The notes under the pieces: generated by a model | Databases searched by the model: none | Told to the model about the DNA's origin: nothing | The model's input: only the letters and a program-made list of their open reading frames with translations | Shown: piece by piece, positions 39,647 through 48,898 of the stretch | Layout: the number at the start of each line of letters is the position of its first letter | Position numbering within the stretch: position 1 is the stretch's first letter | DNA from: Candidatus Cloacimonadales bacterium | GTDB lineage: Bacteria > Cloacimonadota > Cloacimonadia > Cloacimonadales > JAFGVF01 | Length of the DNA: 64,000 nt | Assembly: GCA_963667035.1 (NCBI GenBank) | Contig: OY762964.1 | Coordinates: 1,536,001-1,600,000 of the forward strand | Direction: 5' to 3' | Translations under genes and position numbers: made by a program

Positions 39647-40663
39647 TTAAAAATCTTGAGGGAAAAATCTTTCAACAACACAAACAATATGTGTAGCTTC
39701 ACTATTGAAAGAAGCATCTCGTATGCTTCTTGGATTATAGTAATACTCATCAGTGCTGATATCGTACATGAAATCATTCTTTTGTGAATTACTAATACAT
39801 AAATATTCATTATGCGGGCTTATGATGAGATCAATAGGATTACCGATTACTTTACTTTCTCCAATATATCCCTGTATGATGAAAGTCTGTAAATCAATTT
39901 CAATTACTGATTGAGTAGAAAGGTTAGCAAAATAAAAGACATCAGTATAATCACTTACGATGTTGCTATTGACATAATTATCATAAACTTTAATATTCTC
40001 ATTATTGTTTAAATCAATTCTAAACAATCCTTCATTTTCCTCTTCATCGTAATATGTTCTATAGAAATACACATAATCCTGTAAAACATAGATCTTTTCA
40101 TAAATAAAATAACTGTTTCGTTCTTCTTGAAAAAGTTTTGTTGATATATCAATATTTAAATCGTATAGATTCAATGAAATAACATAATAGTTATCAATAA
40201 TCGATTCGTTCCGGACAAAGACTACTTTATTGTTATCAGCAGAAATTGCTGCATTTCGTTCTGATAAATTTGGAGTATTCGTAATATTCCTCAATCCAGT
40301 TCCATCGACATTGGCAATGTAGATATCTTGATTATATTCCAATAATATCTTGGTTTTATCACGACTAACTTCAACAATATTTCCTACTTCTGACAAAACT
40401 GTTTCCTGTTTAGAGCCATCAGTATTCATTGAAACAATATATTCGCTATAATCAAGAAGTATCTTCTCGTTTGTTGTATCACTCAGGTCTTTAACATAAA
40501 AAGGTGTCATATCACCTTTAAAAAGGTAATTTACCTCACTTCCATCAATATTCATGGTGGCAATCCATGATTCTGTCCAGTGCTTACCCTCATCTGAATA
40601 ATCATAACACGAAGTCATAAGAAGCAACAACACTAAAATCACGAATGATTTAATGTATCTCAT
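39647..40663 (-). CDS. Gene B variant 2 (most divergent)
   Basis: Lipobox LMTSC, shared N-terminus, unique body, ends ERFFPQDF. Confidence 0.8.
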   Translation of the reverse strand: MRYIKSFVILVLLLLMTSCYDYSDEGKHWTESWIATMNIDGSEVNYLFKGDMTPFYVKDLSDTTNEKILLDYSEYIVSMNTDGSKQETVLSEVGNIVEVSRDKTKILLEYNQDIYIANVDGTGLRNITNTPNLSERNAAISADNNKVVFVRNESIIDNYYVISLNLYDLNIDISTKLFQEERNSYFIYEKIYVLQDYVYFYRTYYDEEENEGLFRIDLNNNENIKVYDNYVNSNIVSDYTDVFYFANLSTQSVIEIDLQTFIIQGYIGESKVIGNPIDLIISPHNEYLCISNSQKNDFMYDISTDEYYYNPRSIRDASFNSEATHIVCVVERFFPQDF

Positions 40664-40665
40664 TA

Positions 40666-40947
40666 TTAGTCCCCTCTTCGAAATTCAATCAACTCAAGTG
40701 TACTACTCTTCACAAAGCCTTTGCTTTGTTGATTTAAGGTTTCAAGCGAATTCAACATTCCCAATGTAACTCCCGTAAATGGGATTAGTTTGGGTATATC
40801 CTCAAAAAGAGTAGGGAAATCGTTCTCTAAACCAGCAGACTGCCATTGGTGACTTTTATTATTAACATGGCTGTATTCGGTATCATAAACAGAAAATAAG
40901 AAATATAAATTAATTAGAAATAGTATCGTGAGTATATATTTTTTCAT
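40666..40947 (-). CDS. Chimeric C'::'A linker ORF
   Basis: Same junction, ends EFRRGD. Confidence 0.75.
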   Translation of the reverse strand: MKKYILTILFLINLYFLFSVYDTEYSHVNNKSHQWQSAGLENDFPTLFEDIPKLIPFTGVTLGMLNSLETLNQQSKGFVKSSTLELIEFRRGD

Positions 40948-40956
40948 TGTTTCTCC

Positions 40957-41964
40957 CTAAAAATCATATGGATGTTGTCTTTGAGTCTTGCTTATTAATC
41001 TTGTGCTGTTTTTATTAAACGAGACCTTTCCCGATTGACGATCAAATTTTACATAATCACCTGTCTGTATAAAATACATTAGAGGATATGCTTCGGAATC
41101 ACATAGACAAATGTTTTCTTTGGATGGGTCTAACACTAAGTCGTTATAATATCTCTGAGTGGATTCAATAAACAATACCTGAGAATCAAAGCTATTCATG
41201 TCTATTTGCAAAAGAGTGCGTGAAGCCTGTAGAAGATATATAGAATTATCATAGTCTGTTATCATATCAACAAGCGAGCTATCGTTATAAACAAGGCTAT
41301 CAATACCAGTAATTATATCATAACAGTATAAACCATCTGGTTTGACATCTGGAGTGCTTGAAATCAAATAAAAAACTTTATCTGAAACAATACATTTATC
41401 ACTAATATTAATGTAATTGTCATTCTCTTCCCTTATTAGCTCTGTTTCGGTATTATTGGTCAAATCATATATAAGCAGAGCCCCAGAACGAACCTCCTGA
41501 TTATAAATAGATCTACTATAAACTAACTTCGTATTATCAGCAGAAATTGAAGCATCATGCTCTCTGATATCAGGGGTATTAGTAATCTGTATTAGATTCG
41601 ATCCGTCAACATTGGCAATGTAGATATCCAGATTATATTCCATCAACATTTTTGTTCTGTCCTGACTTATTTCAACAATGTTTCCCATATCTGTAAGGAT
41701 ATTATCCCCAAAAGTTTCATCATCATTCAAATATGATACTGATATGTAGTTATCAATAATAACCTTTTCTTCTCCCGGATTGTCCAAATCTGCAACATAA
41801 AAAGGAGGACCACCACCCTTAGCTAAGTATTCAATCTCACTTCCATCAATATTCATAGTAGCAGTCCATTCTTCGGACCAGTACTTACCCTCATCTGAAT
41901 AATCAAAACAGGAGGTCAAAAGAAGTAATAGCAATAGAATCGCTATTGATTTTATAAATCGCAT
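40957..41964 (-). CDS. Gene B variant 1
   Basis: Lipobox LLTSC. Central region nearly identical to 33411-34418. Confidence 0.8.
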   Translation of the reverse strand: MRFIKSIAILLLLLLLTSCFDYSDEGKYWSEEWTATMNIDGSEIEYLAKGGGPPFYVADLDNPGEEKVIIDNYISVSYLNDDETFGDNILTDMGNIVEISQDRTKMLMEYNLDIYIANVDGSNLIQITNTPDIREHDASISADNTKLVYSRSIYNQEVRSGALLIYDLTNNTETELIREENDNYINISDKCIVSDKVFYLISSTPDVKPDGLYCYDIITGIDSLVYNDSSLVDMITDYDNSIYLLQASRTLLQIDMNSFDSQVLFIESTQRYYNDLVLDPSKENICLCDSEAYPLMYFIQTGDYVKFDRQSGKVSFNKNSTRLISKTQRQHPYDF

Positions 41965-41966
41965 AA

Positions 41967-42188
41967 TTAATTTCCTTTTATGAATTCTACTAATTCAAGG
42001 ACGCTACTCTTCACAAAGCCTTTGTTTTGTTGATTTAAGGTTTCAAGCGAATTCAACATTCCCAATGTAACTCCCACAAATGGAATTAATTTAGGGATGC
42101 TCTCCGAAAAATACAAAGAGGCTTCTTCCTCAATTTGCTCAAGTTGGTCCTGAGCTAATTTTTGCTTATACATTTCAGGTATATCCAT
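41967..42188 (-). pseudogene. 5'-truncated copy of gene A (last 73 aa)
   Basis: MDIPEMYKQKLAQDQLEQIEEEASLYFSE... matches the C-terminus of 34421-35164. The signal peptide and N-terminal 174 aa are missing. Confidence 0.85.
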
Positions 42189-42490
42189 GATTAAGCAAAA
42201 TACTTATTTTGAATTTGAGACACAAATACAACATATAGTATGATTATTTTGCCTTCCCATACCTACAGTAAATCAACTTTTGTCTTTCTTTCCTAGAATT
42301 GTGTAGCAATGTTAGTAATGATAAATTACAAGGCAAGTATTTATTCATTTTTTCTTGCATCGCTTCATAGGACTATTTAGAGAATTCGCTTATCTTTCGC
42401 CTCTTTAAGGTTTAATCATATTTAGGGATACACACCCCATGCGACAAGTGCACGGGGCTATTAAACGGTAGCTCCTTCAGAGTAAAATTG

Positions 42491-42516
42491 AAAAAGGGAA
42501 GCAAAATACTTCCCTT
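42491..42516 (-). terminator. Terminator after pyrF
   Basis: AAGGGAAG-caaaata-CTTCCCTT with an adjacent A-run (T-run on minus strand). Confidence 0.65.
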
Positions 42517-42537
42517 CTCTTATATATTGGATTAATA

Positions 42538-43337
42538 CTATCGAATATGTGAGTTGATCTCTTTTCTCAGCTTATCAGCTTCCTGACCTGCAACTTCGGC
42601 AAATCTCTCCGATTTATCTTTGAAGATAATACCTCTGGATGAGTTAATTAAGATGCGCAAGTCGCCAGGATTAGCTCCTGCGTGTTTAACAACTGCTTCT
42701 ACACTTCCACCTTGAGCTCCGATACCCGGAACGAGGAATAGTGTATTAGGCATTATTGCTCTGAGGTCAGATAACTCTTCAGTATTTGTACCGCCGACAA
42801 CCGCACCTGCTTGTTCCATTGGAAGCTCAGCCAGTTTCTCGGAGATACGTTTGTATAAATCCTGAGGTTTCAGATAATCCGCTGAAGTAGGATTAGATGT
42901 TAACGCAAGTGAGAAAAAGAATTTATCCTCAAAAGCCAATAATGGCTTATAAACATCATGTCCCATGAGAGGATTACAAGTTATAGCATCAACTTTCCAA
43001 GTCTCAAAGAAAGCTTTTGCATATTGCGTCATTGTATTACCGATATCTCCGGTTTTAACATCAAGTATAACAGGGATGTTATCAGGAATATAATCTAAGG
43101 TAAGCTCAAGAGCTTCAAGTCCCATCTTACCTGCAGATAAATAAAACGCAAAGTTAGGTTTATATGCAGCGGTATAAGTTTGGGTTGCATCAATGATAGC
43201 TTTATTAAAAGCAAAGATAGGATTAGCTTCATCCATCACACAATCAGGTAACTTGGTAATATCACTATCAAGTCCTACGCATACGTAAGAATTGTTTTCT
43301 TTAATAATGTTTCTATACTTAGTCCAAAAACTCATCA

Positions 43338-43338
<1 letters not shown>
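42538..43338 (-). CDS. pyrF: Orotidine-5'-phosphate decarboxylase (type 2)
   Basis: CVGLD, YKPN, DVKTGDIGNT, LTSNP, LVPGIGAQGG, NSSRGI. Confidence 0.93.
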
Positions 43339-43904
<566 letters not shown>

Positions 43905-44389
43905 TTAATTACTACTTCAAAGTTACGTCAAGGATAAATTGTTCTTGTTGTTTCCCATACTACTTTATGAAGTGTGTTTCCTTTTCCATTAGCATCTGCA
44001 CAACTTGGAAATTAACTCTTATAAATCTCCGGTCCTCCCGATTTTTCATTGTTTTATCGTTTTTTTCTCGTGACCAATAACCACATCCAACTGGCAAGAC
44101 TCTTGCATAATCCTTGCATAAATCATGCATAATTATGTAAGAAAGTTGTAAGCATTTTGTGACATTGATGTTCCGATTTTGTGTTTGTTAATCATGGCTA
44201 AATCAGGAGAAAAAAGCGAGAAATTCTAAAAAGTTCCGAATAGCATACACTAAAATAGCAATTCTATGCCCTCTAATTTATATGGGAGATTTAAAATAGT
44301 TGTGATTTACCAGAGTGAAAATCGCATTTCCCGGAGTTATATATAATAGAGGAAACATATATCCTCAAAAAAGTGAAATGGAGGAAATT

Positions 44390-44842
44390 ATGAAACTTAG
44401 TCTGTTACCTTTATTGACCGGTTTATCAGGTAGACTTGGTAAACTTGTCTTTTGTATCGAGAAGAGTTCCGGTGCCTGTTGGACACGCTATTATGTTTAT
44501 CCTGAATTGACTGAACATAACCACAATATCGGGAGTGTCGGTAAGAATATGAGCATTATCTATCACTCAGCGAATATCGGTTATATCGAGGACCTGAAAA
44601 ACTATGTCGATAGGTATAATCTGAGTGGCTTCGGTAGTAACGGAAGATTGAGAGCGTTTACCTGCTTCACGAAGATGCTCTATAACTTAAAGAAATCACA
44701 CGAATCCGTTAACCTTAAGACCCTGACAATTGAGCAAATCATGAACGACGACCTTCCGGTTCGCTCAATTAAAGAAGCTATTGATAATCAGTTGTTACCT
44801 GCTGTGAGTCGGTATCAGGAACTGAATGTCTTAATTGTGTGA
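44390..44842 (+). CDS. Hypothetical protein (150 aa), N-terminus reminiscent of DUF6266-type G(L/F)SG(R/K)(L/V)G proteins
   Basis: GGAGG RBS before ATG 44390, TGLSGRLGKLVF motif, degraded paralog at 54413-54590. Family label is tentative. Confidence 0.6.
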   Translation: MKLSLLPLLTGLSGRLGKLVFCIEKSSGACWTRYYVYPELTEHNHNIGSVGKNMSIIYHSANIGYIEDLKNYVDRYNLSGFGSNGRLRAFTCFTKMLYNLKKSHESVNLKTLTIEQIMNDDLPVRSIKEAIDNQLLPAVSRYQELNVLIV

Positions 44843-44979
44843 AACCTATACAAGATATTGGAAAAGCACAGGTTCGTAACTAAGGTTGGATTCCTTTAAA
44901 ACCCCTACTTTGAAGTAGGGGTATATTGAATATATTTAACCTACTTCGGGGTTAATATCTATTTTGGGATTATTAACCC

Positions 44980-45965
44980 CGAATTACATTCGGGGCTATT
45001 CACAGGTTACCCCGTTGGGGTTAACAAAACAACACCATTTACGTTTAGAGATAATCATATTTAGCACCGTTGGGGATTAGCGAACTGCACAGAATTACAT
45101 TTGAGAAACTCATATTTAACTCCGATGGTGCTAATAAAAATACCCCGATTTACGTTTGGGGATACGTATAGGTAATCTCGTTAGTATTAGGAAAAGGCAA
45201 CCATTATCCCAACGGGATAAAATGTGAGTAGCCATGTATGAAATGCATGGTCAGTAATAACCAAGAACAACAAGCGACCCCGAAGTGGGTCGAATTGCAT
45301 TCGGGGCTACTCATAGGTTACCCCGTTGGGGTTAACAAAACAATACCATTCATGTATAGAGATAATCATATTTAGCACCATTGGGGATTAGCAAACTGAA
45401 TTGAATTACATTCGAGAGACTCATATTTAACTCCGATGGAGCTAGAATAAATACCCCGATTTACGTTTGGGGATACGTATAGGAAATCTCGTTAGTATTA
45501 GGAATAGGCAACCATTATCCCAACGGGATAAAATGTGAGTAGCCATGTATGAAATGCATGGTTAGTAATAACCAAGAACAACAAGCGACCCCGAAGTGGG
45601 TCGAATTGCATTCGGGGCTACTCATAGGTTACCCCGTTGGGGTTAACAAAACAATACCATTCATGTATAGAGATATTCATATTTAGCACCGTTGGGGATT
45701 AGCAAACTGATTTGAATTACATTTGAGAGACTCGTATTTAACTCCGATGGAGCTAGAATAAATACCCCGATTTACGTTTGGGGATACGTATAGGTAATCT
45801 CGTTAGTATTAGGAATAGGCAACCATTATCCCAACGGGATAAAATGTGAGTAGCCATGTATGAAATGCATGGTCAGTAATACCAACTCAAACAAGCGACC
45901 CCGAAGTGGGTCAAATTGCATTCGGGGTTACTCACAGGTTACCCCGTTGTAGTAAAAAACAACAC
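44980..45965. repeat. Tandem array of a 311-bp unit (3+ copies) built from REP-like palindromes
   Basis: CA(C/T)AGGTTACCCCGTTG recurs at 45001, 45312, 45623 and 45933. Internal hairpins ACCCCGTTGGGGT, ATCCCAACGGGAT, GACCCCGAAGTGGGTC, CCATGTATGAAATGCATGG. Confidence 0.92.
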
Positions 45966-46120
45966 CATATTAGTTTGGCGATACTCAAATTTTAATACGA
46001 TGTATATAATAATAATCTTTTTCTTGCCCTTTTAAAACCGGAGTATATAAATGACAAACCCATTCGGGGTATAAAACTATAATATAGATACAAATTTAAA
46101 ATATACATACAGGAGGTCGT

Positions 46121-47563
46121 ATGGATTTCGCTTTACAAGCAATTGATCTGGCGAAACAACTTGGTGCGGAATATGCTGATATCAGAATTCAATACACTAA
46201 GTCTGAACAAATATTTCTACATAACAGGAGTATCAAGAATGTTGATAATTCCGAGTTACACGGTTATGGTATAAGATTCTTCAAAGATGGTGCATGGGGA
46301 TTTGCCAGTAATTACAAATTCAGTGCAGATGAAGTGGCAAAGACAGTGCATAGAGCTAAAGAAATAGCTGTTAATTCCGCAAGGATTAACAAAGACAGAA
46401 AGCTTGTTTTAGCTACTGAAAGAGGATATATTGACTCTTTTGAAACTCCAATAGTAAAGAATCCTTTTGAGGTTCCACTTAATGAGAAAGTAGACCTAAT
46501 GCTTGAAGTTAACAACAAGATGATGACTTATGAGCAAGTTAAAAGAGCTACATTCTGGATTAAGAGTGAATACAGCAATAAGATATTTGCTTCTACCCGT
46601 GGTTCTTACATAACATCTGAAACTTACTTAACCGAACCGACATTTTCTGCTACTGTTGTAGGTAACAACGACAGTCAATCCCGCTCTTTACGTCCCGGAG
46701 CCAGTTCTGCCGGTTGGGAGTTCATTGAGTCACTTAACTGCCTTACAGAGGCTGACAGAGTAGCAAGAGAAGCTATCATGAAACTTAATGCAGACTCACT
46801 TGACGGTGAAGCAAGAATGGATATGGTTCTTGATCATGCTAATCTAGCTTTAACTATGCATGAATCTGTGGGTCATCCTACAGAACTTGATAGAGTTCTA
46901 GGTTGGGAAGCAGACTTTGCAGGTATCTCTTTTGCAACACCGGAGAAGTTAAAGAACTATAGGTACGGAGCTAAAGAAGTTAACTTCTGTGCTAATAATA
47001 CACTTCCAAACGGGTTGGCGACAGCAGGATACGATGATGACGGTGTCCCTAATCAGAAATGGTACATTGTAAAAGACGGTATTCTTAATGAGTACGGAAC
47101 TACAATTGATACAGCCCCGATAATCGGAGAAGCAATGTCTCGTGGTTGCTCCAGAGCAACTAACTACTATGATTTTCCAATTAATAGAATTCCGAATCTT
47201 TATCTGGAACCGGGAAAAGAGAAACTCACACCTTCTCAATTGATTGCCGGTGTTGATAATGGAGTTTTCATTGAAGGACAAGGCTCATTCTCTATAGACC
47301 AACATCGCGTTAACTTCCAGTTTGGTGGTGATATGTTCTGGAAGATAGAGAACGGCAAGATAACCAAACCACTTAAAAAGATACTGTATCGTTCCAATAA
47401 CCCTGAGTTCTGGAACAGTGTAGACGGAATAGCAGATGAGAGATTCTGGAAGCCTTGGGGTGTTTCTAACTGCGGTAAAGGACAACCTTCCCAAACAGGC
47501 AGAATGACTCATGGTGCATCTCCCACAAGATTCAGAAATATCCGTGTAGGAGGTTCAAAATGA
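46121..47563 (+). CDS. tldD: TldD family metalloprotease
   Basis: HESVGHPTELDR, YDDDG, CGKGQP. Confidence 0.88.
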   Translation: MDFALQAIDLAKQLGAEYADIRIQYTKSEQIFLHNRSIKNVDNSELHGYGIRFFKDGAWGFASNYKFSADEVAKTVHRAKEIAVNSARINKDRKLVLATERGYIDSFETPIVKNPFEVPLNEKVDLMLEVNNKMMTYEQVKRATFWIKSEYSNKIFASTRGSYITSETYLTEPTFSATVVGNNDSQSRSLRPGASSAGWEFIESLNCLTEADRVAREAIMKLNADSLDGEARMDMVLDHANLALTMHESVGHPTELDRVLGWEADFAGISFATPEKLKNYRYGAKEVNFCANNTLPNGLATAGYDDDGVPNQKWYIVKDGILNEYGTTIDTAPIIGEAMSRGCSRATNYYDFPINRIPNLYLEPGKEKLTPSQLIAGVDNGVFIEGQGSFSIDQHRVNFQFGGDMFWKIENGKITKPLKKILYRSNNPEFWNSVDGIADERFWKPWGVSNCGKGQPSQTGRMTHGASPTRFRNIRVGGSK

Positions 47564-48849
47564 TATTCAAAGAAAATGCAAAGATAATAAATAATGAGAT
47601 AAAAAGACTCACAGATGCAGATGATTACTTCTTCTACTTAAGTGAATCGGAAAGTATTGAAACAAGGTTTGCTCAGAATAGAATTACTCAACACATGGGT
47701 AAGGTTCATTTATATGGGAAGATTACACTCGTATATGATAACAGAGTAGGCACTGTAAGCTCTAACCTTTTCAGTCTTGAGAAACTACCTGAGTTATTGA
47801 AGCAAGCAAAAGACCTTGCTATGCTTACACAACCGGACGAGGAATACATTCCAACTCAACCATATTGTGAGATTACTCCCAGAAACAACTCTGATGAGAA
47901 TGTAATTAACCTCACGAATGAAGAAATGACGGATATTGTTGCAAAATGCATCGCTCGTGCAGAAAAAGCAAATGCTATGATTTCCGGTATGACAGAGAAA
48001 GAAGTTAACAAATCCTATATAGCAGGTAAGAACGGATTTGAAGAATACTCAGAATTTGCTTTCTTTGCTCATTCAATGACAATGAAAAGAGAAAGTGCTG
48101 AAACTAAACGAGCTATCTCGGTTAAGTTGATGAAGGAGTTTGATCTTGAAGATGAACTTAACAAGATTGAACAACAGCTTAATGACCTGACGGAGCCTGC
48201 CGATATGGACGCTAAGCCAATAGCAGTTATATTAAGACCTGCTGCTGTTGATAACTTTTTTAGTTGGTTGTTATGGATGATGGACAGAAGACAAGCAGAT
48301 GAAGGATTTACTCCTTACACCGATCAGTTTGGTCAGCAATTCTTTGGTGAGAAATTCAACCTTTATTCTACCGATAAAATTAAATCTCTATATACTCCTC
48401 TGACATCAAGCGAGATGGAGCCTTTCAAACCAATTAACTACGTTGATAAAGGTGTAATAAAAGCTATGCCTACAAGTCGTTTCTGGGCTCAACAAAACAA
48501 TCTTGAGTTCACTCCTTATCCTGGTAACTTTGTAGTTTCGGGTGGTGAAGCTTCCGAAGAAGAAATGATGAAAATGGTGCCTGAAGGACTTATCATAAAC
48601 AATTTCTGGTATTTACGAATGGTAGATGCTAAGAGAGGTGAAATTACCGGTATGACACGTGACGGTGTACTATACTTTAAAGACGGTAAAATACAACATG
48701 CAGTCAACAACTTCAGGTTCAACGAAGTAGTTCATGATGTCTCAAGACGTATCTTAGCTCTCGGGAAGAGTGAGCAAAGATCAGTGCATTCAATACTACC
48801 AACCATGTTGATTAAAGACTTTGCCTTTGTAGATAAATCTACATTTTAA
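47560..48849 (+). CDS. TldE/PmbA family protein
   Basis: TRFAQNRITQ, L.PAAV, TGMTRDG, NFRFNE. Coupled to tldD and lacks HExxxH. Confidence 0.82.
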   Translation: MIFKENAKIINNEIKRLTDADDYFFYLSESESIETRFAQNRITQHMGKVHLYGKITLVYDNRVGTVSSNLFSLEKLPELLKQAKDLAMLTQPDEEYIPTQPYCEITPRNNSDENVINLTNEEMTDIVAKCIARAEKANAMISGMTEKEVNKSYIAGKNGFEEYSEFAFFAHSMTMKRESAETKRAISVKLMKEFDLEDELNKIEQQLNDLTEPADMDAKPIAVILRPAAVDNFFSWLLWMMDRRQADEGFTPYTDQFGQQFFGEKFNLYSTDKIKSLYTPLTSSEMEPFKPINYVDKGVIKAMPTSRFWAQQNNLEFTPYPGNFVVSGGEASEEEMMKMVPEGLIINNFWYLRMVDAKRGEITGMTRDGVLYFKDGKIQHAVNNFRFNEVVHDVSRRILALGKSEQRSVHSILPTMLIKDFAFVDKSTF

Positions 48850-48855
48850 TAATCG

Positions 48856-48891
48856 GGTTCCTTGTGCCAATTGGTGCAAGGAACCTTTTTT
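48856..48891 (+). terminator. Rho-independent terminator
   Basis: GGTTCCTTG...CAAGGAACC followed by TTTTTT. Confidence 0.75.
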
Positions 48892-48898
48892 CCCTATA

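Noticed and set aside
33411..41964. Diversity-generating retroelement or shufflon as the source of B variation
   Set aside because: No reverse transcriptase or recombinase is in the window, variation is block-wise rather than adenine-specific, and all cassettes are co-oriented.
44980..45965. Possible CRISPR array
   Set aside because: Whole 311-bp units repeat, there are no unique spacers, and no cas genes are present.
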